Notes under the pieces: model-generated | Database searches by the model: none | Told to the model about the DNA's origin: nothing | What the model saw: only the letters and a program-made list of their open reading frames with translations | Shown: piece after piece, positions 36,189-50,600 of the stretch | Numbering within the stretch: position 1 is the first letter of the stretch | How the letters are laid out: each line of letters begins with the position of its first letter | Made by a program: the position numbers and the translations under genes | NCBI GenBank assembly: GCA_030248215.1 | Contig: JASANG010001013.1 | Coordinates: 186,001 to 250,000 of the forward strand | DNA length: 64,000 bases | From: Enoplolaimus lenunculus | Taxonomy: Eukaryota | Reading direction: 5' to 3'

Positions 36189-39100
36189 ATTACTTCTATA
36201 GCACAGATTTTTGGGCAAATTTTACAAATGGCTTGAGGTTGCCCGCCGTCGCTTATTCTGTGGTCTTTGTCTCAGCTGTCCAGCTGTTGTTTAATCTGAA
36301 CTGAGAAAAACGTTCATTGAGCTGAAATCATGACTCTTCGCTGCAAAATGATACTAACATACTGTTGCATTGTCTGTACAAAACGATAAGGCTTTTGTGC
36401 ACTTTTCTGCCCACTATTTTAATTAAGGCTTAGATTTAGGCAAATGCTTAGGCTTAAGAAAGTCGTTTTTTTCAACCTAAAGTCAAAATCTATAATCCCA
36501 AGTGTGCGCTGAAGCCTTAGTCTAAGCGTTAAAAATAAACGTGAGCCTAAACCTTAAGCCCTATTCACACGTGCAAGTTTTTGCTGCGAGATCTTGCAGC
36601 TGCAAATTGCACGTAGAACTTGCATTTTTTTATCAGCCAATGAGAAGGCGGATGTAATAAATTCATTGAACTCGCATATTTTTTCACACATGTGAACTAA
36701 ATTTGTAACTTTGATTTTTAATCAATTTTTGCAGCTCCAAGTTTTTCGAACGGGATTTTGGACAAAACTTGCAAGTGCAAGTTGCAGCTGCAAGTTCTCG
36801 CAGCAAAACTTGCACATGTGTATAAGGTTTTGGGCATTCTGGTTTTTAATGGCCCCAGTCTCTATGCAATTACACAGGCAAGACCCATGTATTAACATAT
36901 GCTAACTGTTCAAATATACTTTGGACTTTAGCCAGCTAAAATTCTGGACGCAAGTTTTTAATTTTAAACTCGAAACCACAAAAGTGTTTAAATTTCACTG
37001 GACGAAGCGTTTAAAAATGACTAAAAATTGATTTTTTTTTGCCTAAAAACAGCGATTAGCGGAGCACATACTGTGCCAGTTTCTTTTTCGTTTGGCTTTT
37101 CGTCTAAGAGTATGCTTGCATATTTAAACTGTGTTAGACATGTAAACAGACCCCGTAGACAGCTCATGGGGGTGCTAAACACTTTTTTGCCAGGGGCATG
37201 CAAGCATCCCAGATGGCTCACAAATGAGGTTGAACCTTTTCAGGGTAGGAAGGGGGGGCTGTAAGATCACCAAGTTGGCGACGGAGGCAAGCAACAACCC
37301 AAACACAATTTTAGCATTAAACTCGATTTTAGCATGAAATCTTAATACAAAATTTTGGTTTTAAACTTTATGGGGCCAAAGGAACCCCATCGCCTTCTTC
37401 TTGATGTGCCACTGCTACGGAAGAACAACATTGTTCAGGCGGTTCCGTGCCCTCCTCTGTCCCCCTTGGCTACGAGCCCCAGATATGAACCAGTGCAATT
37501 ATGAGTCTGACGGCAGAAACAAAAATGTACGAAAAAAAATATATTTTAACAATCGCAGACAATTGTGTATATAAAGCCTTTAAGCTAAGACTTTCTTTTT
37601 AAATTTAAGCACGTAAACGAAGCCTTTATATATAATCAACATACCGTTTCACACCTCATTAATTCTTTTATTAGGCAAAAAATAAATCATGAACAACGCG
37701 CTCTTCCTAGCCTGAACCTAATACAACTGTAGAATGGAGTTAAAGGTTTTAATTTCGACTCGCAGGCAAATAGCGCCCTCCCTTACTGATCCAGAAATTA
37801 ATATTTTTACTTTCAGTGCCGAACAGTGACGTTCGCTGAAAATTTGATTTCGGGAGGGCACCGAATGATTTTAGGGCATCCTACAATTGCAATTCAAGAT
37901 TGTTTACATTTAGACCGAGTCCATTTTGGGGGGCGGTAGCCATATTGTGGGGGGAACGGATCCACAGTGCACCCGTGAGAACGACTTTAGCGCCGAGAAA
38001 GAGTTAGAAGTTACGACAATTTTTCCCTGTCCACTCTAAATGCCGTCGTCTCCTATCCCCTAGCAATCCTCGAATTCGGGGGTGATTTAGTCAGGCAAAA
38101 GATTAATATTTGCACTATTTGAACCTACTTTAACACAAAACTGGCTAACGTTGTATTTTTGAATGCCAGTTGAGATTCAAAAGATTTGCACATGAGTCCG
38201 GTTTAAAGATTTAGCCTAGTTTTCGGCTTAGGCTTAGACGTAGGAATATGTTCATTCTTACACTGAGTAAACGATAGAAAATTATTGGGGGAGCTCAACC
38301 CTTTATCACATGAATATTTTCTATTTCATCTGGAGACGGAACGTGTTGCAATTCTTAAACACTGTGCGATATATGTTATTTAACGTTGCGCTGAGTTACC
38401 CATAGACAACTCTTTGAGAAAAGGGGTTAAGAAACTTCCCCCTTGACATAAAATTAACGCCCTATGTTAATATTGTTATAAAATAGCTTTTCTGAGAACT
38501 ATATATACCATTTTGTATAAGAAGCAAATTAATTCTACTGAATGCTAATTTCAATACCAACCGATACAGGTTGAAATGTACCAAAAATAGCCAGCAAAAT
38601 AAATGATTATTAATAAAATTCCTATCCGTCCCTGGGGTACCACGGACTGCGATACCCAGAAAAAATAGCAGCATTGCACCAGCGGTTTGTTTTGCCAAGA
38701 CTGCATAATGACAGGAGTGCGCATGCCTTGAGTTCTGCATGGCGCAAAATGTACCACCGGGTGTTGCGTTTTTGGCCGACCGCCCCTTGTTTAGAGGGGG
38801 GTCGCTATCACATGATCTAAATTAAACTATAACGGAAGCATGTTTGATGCCGCATACATAAAGTGCCATGGTCTGCACCGGTTGTACCCCCATCTAAATA
38901 AATGGGGTTGGGCAAAAACGCAACGCGTGCCGGGTGCATTCGTTTCAACGCAGAATGTACTCAGTTGCACACTCTTGTCAAATAGCGATTATCCACTCTT
39001 GGTTTTGACAATCCGCTGGTTGCGATCCCGGCCACCATATGTGGGGGCAAATGGACCAAATATCAAAAAAATGACGTTAAGGGAAATCGCCATATTTGTT

Positions 39101-39665
39101 TAGAGGCGCCGTCCGACAGGGCCAGCACCGCACGTGAAAAAAGTTATGTTTAATGCTTCATATGCTGTTCTATGCAGTAAACGTACGCAGTGGTACGGTG
39201 ATGGACGGCGTCGGACGTCATCAAAAGCATAGCGGCACCCTGAGTTGGTTTTGAAATTTTTAGCTTAAAATAAAAGCTAAACTATTTTTGTCAACAATCA
39301 GAATTCAGAAATAACTAAAAAAGTTTTTATCATTCATCAAATTTTTCTACTACGCCGCTTATAGGCGGCTTGTAAACGTTTTTAAAAGCGAACACCGAGA
39401 AAATTACCTAAAACTTACAGCCTGTAAAATGTTTTTAAAAAACTGTTTCAAACAAATTTTCAGGCGACATTTCAGTTGATTCTCCCACTGTATACATTCG
39501 TTGTACTTGTAATCTAAAATTTAAACCCGTGACTAAATGTACCGAATTTTAGTTCGGGGTACCACGATACAACCCTGAAGTATACATTTAAATTGCTATC
39601 ATGGCTGTCCATAAACAAATTATTAATGTTACAAACGCACGTAATTTAAGACATTAATATAAAGC

Positions 39666-39856
39666 AGCCTATGCATAGAACAAGGCCGGAACGTTTTCCG
39701 GCGGGACTGTAATAGAGTAAGCTTAAGCTTTAGACTAATTTTTTTGTTTAGGCTTTGGCTTAGGTATAGGCTCATTGTTACCATTAGGCTTAGTCAAAGA
39801 TTTACGCTTAGGAATATGCTTATACTACTGTTCCGGCGCTGTCCTATACATTGGCC
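39666..39856. mobile_element. Family A telomere-repeat MITE
   Basis: TIRs and a perfect 9-bp TSD ATATAAAGC. Confidence 0.85.
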
Positions 39857-40618
39857 ATATAAAGCTTACACCATATTCAGGCAATAACACCCCACCAAAA
39901 TTGATCTTTACCCTGTACCCAGAGGCGTATATAAAACAATCATTACTGGGGATATCTAACCCCCAAAATTTTTGGATGAAAAGAAAAAATGACCCATTTG
40001 TCAGGTTTAGAATAATCTGCTTTATCTCAGGTTCCTCTAACGCGTATGCCTGTTTATCACAGGCACGGTATAACTGGTTAATGATTATAGCCTAAATTTT
40101 CCAACAACCCAGTTGTTTTTGTGACAATATTCTGGTTTCAATTTTTTTGCCTGATATTAATAAATTGCCAGACACAAACAGGATCGTAGTTTGGATGTCA
40201 TTTCGGGAACGGATTAGCCTGGTTTAACTATACGTTATTTCGCTTCAGTAATTTGCCCGTATTCTCAAATGTGTGAAGTGGCAGAACTGTACAGTGAAGA
40301 CTCCTCATAGGAGTTTTGTTGAAAGGCCAAGCCAGGGAATCGAACGTCGATCCGTTTGCACTCGAGTCAAAAGTGTTGAACCATTACAACAACAAGTTCT
40401 TTCAGTTATTGTGTAGACCAGAGTGTAAACGGATAGTAAAAATTCCGGAACCGGATATCGGTAAGAAGCAAAATATTACGGAAACGGAAAACACATATTG
40501 AAGGATGAAACGTTAAAACTGTTTTATTTTTGTGCCAACACAATTGGATCATACAAATATTCGGCGGCCTTTGAGAAACTTTTGAAGAAAAAACATAGCG
40601 GCGGATCTTAAAAGAATG

Positions 40619-40829
40619 AGCCAATGTAAAGAACGGCGGCGGAACAGTAATATAAGCATATACCTAAACCTATGTCTAAGTCTAGCCTAAGCCAAAGCGT
40701 AAAAATAAGCATATTCCTAAGCCGACGCCTAAGCCTAAGCCTAAGCCAAGCCAAAAATAGTCTAAAGCGTAAGCTTATTCTTTTCTAGTCCCGCTCAAAC
40801 ACGTTACGCCCCTAATCTCTACATAGGCC
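40619..40829. mobile_element. Family A telomere-repeat MITE
   Basis: AGCCAATGTAAAGAAC...CTCTACATAGGCC with GCCTAA blocks. Confidence 0.8.
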
Positions 40830-41385
40830 AAAGAGAAAGGTGGGGGTAAAATGTGGGTGGGGGCCGGGACGGGTGAACCGTAGTGGGTGGCGAAAAGTGG
40901 GGGTGGGTTGCGAGAAACGGAGACACTGGGTCGTGGTGGGTGGGAACAAATGTGGGGAGCGAAAAGTAGCAGTGGTAAAAAGTGGGAAACGAACTTTCCG
41001 TATCCACCGACCTTACGCCGCAGAAACTCCAATTTTACAATGCCTGTATGTCCATAAGTATATCAATCTATGCTTTGCTAACACCGATCCACATCCACAT
41101 GCAACAATTGTTGCCGCATTGCAATTGGTCCATGACCGTAGCCAAGATTTTCCAACAAAGGGGGTTACGGTGTATAAAAAACTCAAAAGCTCAAAAGGGG
41201 GTCGTTAGTGGTGTGTTGTTAATTGAAAAAGTGTATAAAATACCTGTACAAAATTTCGAAAGAATGAATTTCTGACACCCTCACCAACGCCTTTGAATAT
41301 GTGAAGTAAACTTTGAAGAACGTCAGTGAGACTCAAAGTAATTTCAGCTTTTGCAATTCTCAGAATTCGCTTGTTTGAGGTCGTG

Positions 41386-41665
41386 GCCTGTATTCTCAAA
41401 TGTGTATAGCACCTATCACCAGTTATTTTGATAAATTTTGAAACCGCTGAACCTGTGTATGATTTTAGGTTCAGAATTATGCACATTTTTGCTTTTGATG
41501 TGTCTTACTTCTGTGCCAATATTGAAATCTGCAATTGTAGCAGTTCGTCTGTTTGAAAACTTTATCCCTGGCTGGTGATAGGTGTTATAAGCATTTGGGA
41601 ATATGGTTCCTTGTTAATACTGGTGATACTGGTTATAGGTGCTATACGCAATTGAGAATATTGCC
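41386..41665. mobile_element. MITE with about 35-bp TIR CCGTATTCTCAAATGTGTATAGCACCTATCACCAG
   Basis: Inverted termini. Copies at 47240-47377 and 50539-50755; single ends near 8975, 22866, 27414, 40257, 55479 and 56344. TSD not resolved. Confidence 0.72.
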
Positions 41666-44600
41666 CGATGCTTATTAAACTTAAACCTTAGTATTTCGTT
41701 TGTCTGTCCTGGCTGTACGTTGTGGACACTGTAAATTTCAGTGAGTTGATTTTAACTCAGAACGAGTTGAATCACTCAGTCTGAGTTAGGACTTTCAGAA
41801 CTTAGAATATAGAGTTGATTCAATTCAATCTGAGGTAATTACTCAACTCAGCCAGAGTCACTCAACTCAGAGTGAGAATCAACTCAAGTCCGAGTGAGTT
41901 AATGTTTACAGTTATTAATTCAGAAATAACCAACTCGCAAGCTGAATTGACTAATCGACTCATTGTAATTTACAGTGAAATAAGCGATATTTTAAATTAG
42001 TTTGCTGTTTTCTAATAGAAAACTTATTAAAGACTTTTTGATTGACACATTTCACTAAAACTGTTGACAGTATCAGCTTATATGCGTACTTTAAAGCAAG
42101 AGTTAAAATTAGAAAGAGTTAACGGAAAATGAAATTAAATTTTGAAACAAAAAAATGTTGTGTATAGTTGCCAGAGGGGTGATGCTGGCTTACAAGCATC
42201 CCCCCCCCCAGAAAATTTTTGCTCCACTGCGAAGTAAATATAAAATATCCATATGCTGGCTTAATTTAACTGGTAATGTACATGACAAGATTTTTAGGTT
42301 GTAAGAATTCTAAGCGAACGACAAAAAAATTATTTTCGAATTTGAAATGATTTGTTCAAATTGAAAAACAAGACAGACAGTAAATTTTTGAGAGAAATTA
42401 ATATTTTTTTACTAAATTTTTAATTTAACGACTGATTTGAAAATAACAAAAATGTCCAAAATGTTGTTCAGCAGAAAAACGTTGGCATGTGAAATACAAC
42501 GTAACGCTTAAGTATACTTAATTTTAGTATGAGTTGAGTCACTGAGTCGAAGTTATAGGAACTCAGAATTGTAAATTGATTGAATTTATTGTGAGTTAAA
42601 TAATCATCTTACTCGGAAATAAACCGGGCTCAGAATGATCCAATGTTTACAGCAATTAACTCAGAAATAACCAGAAATGAATGATCTGTTCTCTGAATTG
42701 GTTAATCAACTCATTAAAATTTACAGTGTAAAATGTATCTTATAATATGTATTTACAAAACGTATATTCTAATCTAAATGGTGTACACTGTAAGTTCCAA
42801 CGAGTTAAATAATCAACTCAGCTAGCGAGTTAGTTATTTCTAAGTTAACAACAATAAGCATTAACTCCCTCTAAGTTGAGTTGATTTTCACTCACAGTTG
42901 ATTTCATTCCGGATGAGTTTATCTGTTAACTGAGATTGAGTTGACCCAACTCACAATTCTGAGCTCTGATAGTCCTAACTGAGGAATTTTCAGTGTAATA
43001 TGAAAATTCTCGAGTATTAAATTATTTTTAAAGTCATTTTAAGTCTTAAATTTTATTTTTCAACAAAAGTTCCGTAATAAAAAAAGTATTTTTCAAGTAT
43101 TAACCTTTCTTGACCAATCTTTAGTTGTCAAATGTACAGAAAACATTTCTACGAGTAAAGTATTGTAGAAATAACTTAAAACACAAACAAGGATCATTTT
43201 TGGAAATAAAACATCGGCTAACTTTAAACTGCAAAAGTTATGAAATTTCAACAAAAATACAACTCAAAATCCAAGTTAAATTCAATGAAATTTGAGCTAA
43301 ATTCCACAAATTTTGCCAGTATTTATCGTCAGTTAAAAGCTTTTATATTCGAAACCAAATATTCAAACTGAGCTTTCAAAACGTTATAAAAATGCAAATT
43401 TACTGAAACTTTGTTAATTTTGGTCATTTATTTTGAAATGAAAAATATCTTTTATTCGGTAGGCGTTGACTTGTTTTCAAGGTATATTCGCTTACCGAGA
43501 ATTGGAGGTCAGAGTGCTCGCAACACCTTGCTATCAACAGGGGGTGCACTGGGAATCGAAACAGAGGTTACCCCTCAAATTGGGATATTAAATATTTGTC
43601 CGGTAAAGACACTGCCTTAATGATGGATCGTAAACAATGCTACTTTATGATATAATTCAATATTTTAGTGATTATTTTCCGGCGCCGACCCGGAACTTTA
43701 CTCGGAACGTTACTCGCTTCAGGCCCGTAGCAAGCTCACGTTGTCAGTGGGGGCTAAAAATTTTCCAGCAGAGACATACAAGGGTTTTCGATGACTTACA
43801 TGCAAAGTTAAAAAATTTTCTATGGGGCCCAAAACTATTTCAGGGGGAGGCTGATCCGCCATGCCCCAAAGGTTACGGGCCTGACTCTTGTTTCGATTCT
43901 TAGTATAGAGCAGTTGAACGAGTCATTTTGACTAAAAGTGATATCAATTTTAGCTTCAATAAGTATGCTTAAAACATGGAATATATTTAATTTAAAAGTA
44001 TTCGGTGTAAATTTTGAATTTATAGTAGAAACTGTTGTGTTTAGAATTAAAAGTCAACATGGGGTGATTGTAGCTTACTATGCTTGATTGCATATTTTAT
44101 TTTTGGATAAAGTTTGCCACCTCTGCCAATGAAATGAAATCCTGCACAAAGTTTAAAAGTCACTAAATTTTTGCAAATATTCTCAAATATTAGCAAATTT
44201 TGCATCAAACATTTTACAACACTTTAAGCCTCTTAATTCCATGCTTTAAAGCTTATTTCGGGTCCAAATTTAGAATATTTTAGCGAAATTTCAGACGACT
44301 CGAGGGTCGAATTTTAGCTAATATCTTAAACAAAAACTTTAAAATTAATAGTCAACTTGTTTTTGCTATTTAAAGCTTTGCGCAAAGGAAGTTTACTACA
44401 GATAAATTTTAGTTCCGGGTCAAAACTCGCAATTCTTCCGGTTTTGCAATAGATTAACATATGTAAAAATTTATGTAAACAATTTTTACGCGTGGCTCTA
44501 GGCGAGTTGATTAATTAGCTCAAAATGAATTGAATCCACTCAAAATTGTGAGTTCTGATGGTCCCAACTCGGACTGAGTGATTCAACTTATTCTGCGTTT

Positions 44601-44952
44601 AAATCAACTCACTGAAATTTACAGTGAAGGCTCACCTTGCGTAGAGGCCAAATAAATATCAACACCCCTCTTATTCGGGTCATTACAGTAGCAAACCAGA
44701 TATGACCAGGACGAGGAAAAAGGACCTGTGTTTAAAAGTCTACGGCCGATATCAAGCCGGCGTTTGAAGAGATGCATATAGGGAGGGGCACAATTGCCAA
44801 TGCCAAACGATTGCTGTCAGACAAAGACACATACTTCCTTTTCGAATAATAAACATTATCAATACTTTATTTTCAGTTGCAACATTTTTGTTGTTTTTTG
44901 TCACGCAAAATAACCAATTAAACCTGGATAGAACAGGCTAAGCATTTTCATG

Positions 44953-45160
44953 AGGCAATGTAAAGAACAGAGGCGGAACAGTATTATAAGCATATTCCTA
45001 AGACTAAGCCTAAGCCTAAGCCTAAGCGTAATAATAAGATTATTCCTAAGCCTAAGCCTAAGCCTAAGCCTAAGCCAAGCAAAACAATTAGTCTAAAGCT
45101 TAAGCGTACTCTTTTTTTGTCCCACAGAAAAACGTTCCGCCCTTGATCTTTACATGGGCC
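44953..45160. mobile_element. Family A telomere-repeat MITE
   Basis: CAATGTAAAGAACAGAGGCGGAAC...GTTCCGCCCTTGATCTTTACATGGGCC. Confidence 0.83.
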
Positions 45161-47520
45161 AGAGGTACATACAAGGGTTTGCGATGACTTACAAGCGGAG
45201 TTGAAACTTTTCTATGTGAAGGCAACATTCTCCTACGATGGCTCCGGTCTCCTGACTTCCCCAACTGGCACGAGCCTGCTCGAGACAAGGGACCATTTAA
45301 CGGTACTCTCCGGCCTATCATACTCACGTATTGTGTAATTTCAAAACGCCCTGCTTAAAAGTTTCAGTATCTAATTTTTCAGTGTCAACTTAAAGTTTGA
45401 ATTAATTCGTCAGATTTATACCAAAACAACATTATTTTCTATTTTGAAATTTCGTGTGTTTTTAACAGACATTTCTAGGAATTGTGCCATGCTTAAGAGA
45501 ATGTGAGAAATGATAAAATAAAAACAGTATTTCAATCAGTGTCGTTGCCAGATCACCTTAAAAGCGGGGGCTAAACATTTGTCAGGAGGGATATACAAAG
45601 GTTTTCGGTGACTTACAAACAAGGGTGCAAATTACCTAGGGGGCGGGTTTTCGAAGACTTGCAAGCAAGGTTGAAAATTTTTTGGGGGAACAGGGTTTAT
45701 GAAGGCTTACAAGCAGGGTTGAAAGTTTCTTAGAAGGGGCAAAATTCTTCCTGGTGTGTGCTTAGCCCCCCCCTGGCCCCTCTCTGTAGCTACGGACCCG
45801 ATTCAATTACAGAACGTACGATAAACATAGTAGCTATTGGCAATATACCTGGTTCACAAACGGTAATTTGTTATTCCATGCACAATAAATACAGTACATT
45901 TTTGCTTCAAAACACTGTTTAGGATTAATGGTCTGAAAAGCCCTCACTGTAAATTTCAGTGAGTTGATTTTAACTCAGAATAAGTTGAATCAGTCTGAGT
46001 TAGGATTATCAGAACTCAGAATTTTGAGGTAATTCAATTTATTCTGAGTTCAACTGACCCAGAGTCAATTCAACTCAGAGTGAGAATAAGCTCAACTCAC
46101 AGTGAATTAAGGTTTACTGATACTAATTCAGAAATAACCAACTCGCAAGCGGCATTGCTTAATCAACTCATTGTAATTTACAGCGTTCATTTGAACTGAA
46201 GGCACCGCGCCAAATCAAGTTGTTTTTGGAAAGTAAAAAACAAACATCAAACTTAAACTTACATCAACCATTTCTCACATGAATATTTTCTATTTTGTAA
46301 AGGAACTTGTTTCAAGATCGGAATCGAATAGGCGTTTATCTTTACCGCTCAGGTACAACGCTCAATTGCAAGGGATTCTCACGTCTTATGAAGATTTTTC
46401 ACATACTTAATATGGTTTGCGACAAGTTGAGTTGATTATGGTATGGGTCTACACGCGAAAGGGTTAAAAACAACGTATTTTCAAGAGTGTAGGAAGTGAC
46501 ATATAAAGATTGAAATGTCCTGACCAACCTTCGTAGCCTCTGGTTCCCTGCGGTTTAGTCTCTATGCTGGAATAGATTTTCCAAATAACCGGCCCATCAG
46601 CGGATCCAGGGATTTCCGGTGGAAACGGATCCTTTTTAAATGCTTTGAAATGTTATCTCTTTTAAATATTAAAGTGTGTTTTAAGCAAATATAAATTTCA
46701 ATATTTCGAATTGCACATAGCGTTGAATTTGCAAACATTTTGCAATTTTAAAAGCCTAATTTTGCAACGTGAAATAGCGAGGGGGGGTCGTTTGCAGGCG
46801 CCCTCGCGTGGTCTGCCCCTAGGCTGTATGCACCCAGAATCCGTATCCCTAATAACAGTCCGTAAGTGGATAGAGTCCCTAAACTCTAAATAGAGTCCAT
46901 AAATGTCAATTATTCCAATTGTAGTGTATAAATGACTCCAGGACTAAAAAAGTAGGGTTCGAACCTTGAAAGCGTACTTAAATTTTGAAAGTGCATTACT
47001 AAGTATAACCCTGCATTATCTCTCAAGCTATTAATGCAAAGTAAAAACCGTTTAATTCAACGGATAGTTGCAATACTGGATATATATCAGTAACGAAGGG
47101 TGGCGGAGCGTGGGTTAACAATAAATAACAGTCCGTAACCGAATAACAAGGGGGGGTACCCTCTGGAGAGGCCAAATAAATATCAGTCCCCCCTCCTATT
47201 CGAGTCACTTTAGTACGTGAAGCTGCATACAAGTGCAACATTCTCAAATGCGTATAGCACCTATCACCAGTTAGCGATAGATTTTCAAAAAGCTCATTAT
47301 TTGCAGAATTGGAATGTTATTACTACAAGACCTGCCACTAACTGATGATAAGGTGCTATGCACATTTGAGAATACAGACATTGGTATAAATTAATTTGTC
47401 AGCATAAGAAATAGGTTTTGTTTGAAACCGTAGTATTTTAAGCTTAGCGCTCACAAACCCGTTTGGCTCTGGTCCTGCAGATACATAATCGGTTTGTGCA
47501 ATAAATTGTTCACAAACATC

Positions 47521-47674
47521 GGCCAATGTAAAGAACATGGGCGGCGCTGTATTATAAGCATATTCCAAAGCCTAAGCCTAAGCCTAAGCCAAGCAAAAAA
47601 ATTAGTCTAAAGCTTTAGCTTACTCTTTCGCAGTCCTACAGAAAAACGTTCCGCCCCTCATCTTTACATGGGCC
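47521..47674. mobile_element. Family A telomere-repeat MITE (short form)
   Basis: GGCCAATGTAAAGA...TCTTTACATGGGCC; both flanks share AACATC. Confidence 0.83.
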
Positions 47675-50600
47675 CAACATCCACAAATATTTAAATATAT
47701 AATATTGCCGCCATTTAAAAAATCGCGTGACTAAGAGCACTTCAAAGAGACTCAAATGCAGTTTACCGCAGTTTACGGTACATAAGTACTTGTGCCATTT
47801 CATTCACTGAAATAAATTTGAAATTGTCAAACAAACTTAAATTTTTGTTTCTTAGTTGTCAACCTTGCGTATCCAGCTAATGTGCACACTTGAAGCTAAT
47901 CCAGAACGGATTGAACTTGCAGGAATGTTACTGGTGACATTTCTAAGCCTAAACCTAAGCCTAATCCTAAGTCTCAAGGTAAACCTGTACAGAAGTGTAA
48001 CTTTAATCCTTAAGTGTAAACTTAACAGTGTTTAGTTCCGATAGTCTATAAGAGAGAGCCCTATGTTTGATCGACGCTATTTTTAATATTGTTCAGCGCC
48101 GCTCGCTGCCGCACAGCGCCGCATACTAAGTAAAGTAGAAATAAATTTTAATCAGTGATTGGCGAAGATAGCAAGTTTAAAAATTTTAGGAAATATTCAC
48201 ACATCCTTAAATTTGCATCTAACTAATTCACAAAGTTTCAAACTCTCTGAAAACTTAAACTTTAAATATAGCTTAATTAAACTTGAATATTTGTTTGAGT
48301 AAAACTTAAATGGCTGGACGAGCTAACTAAACTGGAATTTTAAGTTTTACTTAAACTAACATGTTTTTAAGTTTAATACAGGTTTAAGTAAACTTATTTT
48401 TAGTTTAAGTAACAAGTGCAGCGCTGAAATGACGTGTATCTAAGTGTTCGTTAAGTTTAGCTTAAGCTGGAAAAATGTAAGATTCTAAATTAGTTTAAGC
48501 GTAAACCTACCTGTTAGCTTAGTTAATCTAGAAAGTTAGTTTAATACTACTGGATTATGTTAAGCTTAAATCAACATAGATTAAAAGTGTTTAGAAAGTA
48601 TTCGTATAAACCGTTTATCCAATCACTTAATAGTTGTTTTACAAGGCTATTTGCTCTAGCAATTGTTGTCTAACTCGTATGAGTAAAAAATAAATTGTTA
48701 CTCGCTACGCTGTTTCTCTAACACTGTTCTTGGCATGTTTTACAGTATTTAATAATGAAAAATGTTACTTAGATAACATTGGCTTTTTCAATATTTCTTC
48801 GAAGAAATTGCTTGAAAACAAGCTAAAACAAATTGACTATTAATTTTAACGTTTTTGTTTAAGATTTTAGGCTAAATTCTACCCTCGGGTCATCTAAAGT
48901 TTCGGCTAAAAATTCTAAATTTGGACCCGAAATAAGTTTAAAAGTATAGAATTAAGCGGTTTAAAGTGTTGTAAAATGTTTTTATGCAAAATTTGATAAT
49001 ATTTAAGAATAATTGCAAAAATTTTGTGATATTTATACTTAAAGTCAGCATTTAGTTTTTATCCAACGGGTAAAATTTGCAATCAATTATTGTAAGCTAC
49101 AATAACGGCTAAAAATGAGAATAATTGCTAATTTTGTTATACCACCAGTAACTTTACGGGAAATACTCTGTTTAAGCCCCTCCATTTCGCATAACCGTAC
49201 CCTCTAATAAACTAATCTTACGCTTTTTACACAAAGATGTCAATTACCTGCAAATTAATTATAATTAATTATTGCGATGAATACAATTTCAGATTTCATC
49301 AGCCTAAGCCTACACTGTAAATTCCAATGAGTTGAATAATCATCTCTGACGAGTTAGTTATTTCTGAGTTAATAACAATAAGCATTAACTCACGCTGAGT
49401 TGAGTTGATTTTCACTCTCATTTGATTTCATTCCGGGAAAGTTAATCAGACTCAAAATTATAAGTTCTGATAGTCCTAACTCAGACTGAGTGATTCAACT
49501 TATTCTCAGTTAAAATCAACTCACTGAAATTTGCAGTGCGCTGAAAACAATTTCAGATTTCTAAGTATCGCTTTTTATATACAGAAATATTAGTGAAACA
49601 AAATATTCTGAAGCTGAACTGACGTTGCACATTTAGATTGAGCTGTTCGGTGTTTGTCGTTGTTCTATCAGCTTTTCAGAACGAGATTAAAAATATAATC
49701 ACTGGGCTACAAAGTCGTGATATTAATAACAACCGGATTTTGACGACCTTAATTCGCTGTTTTCATTAAATATTTACAGCCGAAATTAAGTTTTAAATAA
49801 GCTGTTTATGACCGAAAATGAGTTGAAATTTCTTGCTAATTATTATAAGCTACTTGAAATAGCAAATCGACAAGGATTAACCCTTACCATTCGCACGCTA
49901 CACGGTTCCAGAACTTAAAATTTTGAGTTGATTCAACGCATTCTGAGTTAATTAATCAATTCAACGAGGGGATTTCATTTAGAAATAACCTAAAATAACT
50001 AAAGTTCTCGTTGAGTTGATTAATCAACTTATTGAAGTTTCCAGCGTATATCAAAGGTAGTCAAGGATGATTTATAAAGGCGTCACACGGGCGCGTGGGC
50101 TTAAAATTGCGTTTAGTAAACTTGAAATTAATTTCGGTTAATAAACTCTAATCTTCCACATTCTTATTCTGGATTTTCAGAAAATATCCACTGTTTCAAA
50201 AACTATTATTCAGCGGTGATAGGTGGTATGCAGAAATCTGAGAGTATGGCTCATAGCATTTAAATACCTTCAGCTTATCTGACAACGTACCACTTGAAAT
50301 TAATTTGAGACTAAAATTTGTCATTTTTGTCACATAATAAATAATTAAGAAAATTTTTGTCAAAATTTGTTTAAGATACCGTGTAAACTGTTGTTTGCTG
50401 GTTTTGAATTACTGTAGTAACCCGAAAAAATGAAGACACTACTATGTATTTTGATACTTTCCAAAATCAAATTTAATACTGAACTTTACTTGAGTTCAAT
50501 TATGCATAAATGTCATCGTTAAGTAACTGACAAGTAGCGGCCATATTCTCAATTGCATATAGCACCTATCACCAATTAGCAATAGCTTTTTAAATTAACG

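Noticed and set aside
40325..40392. tRNA gene on the minus strand
   Set aside because: Only a B-box (GTTCGATTCC) and a weak A-box remain; at most a decayed SINE head.
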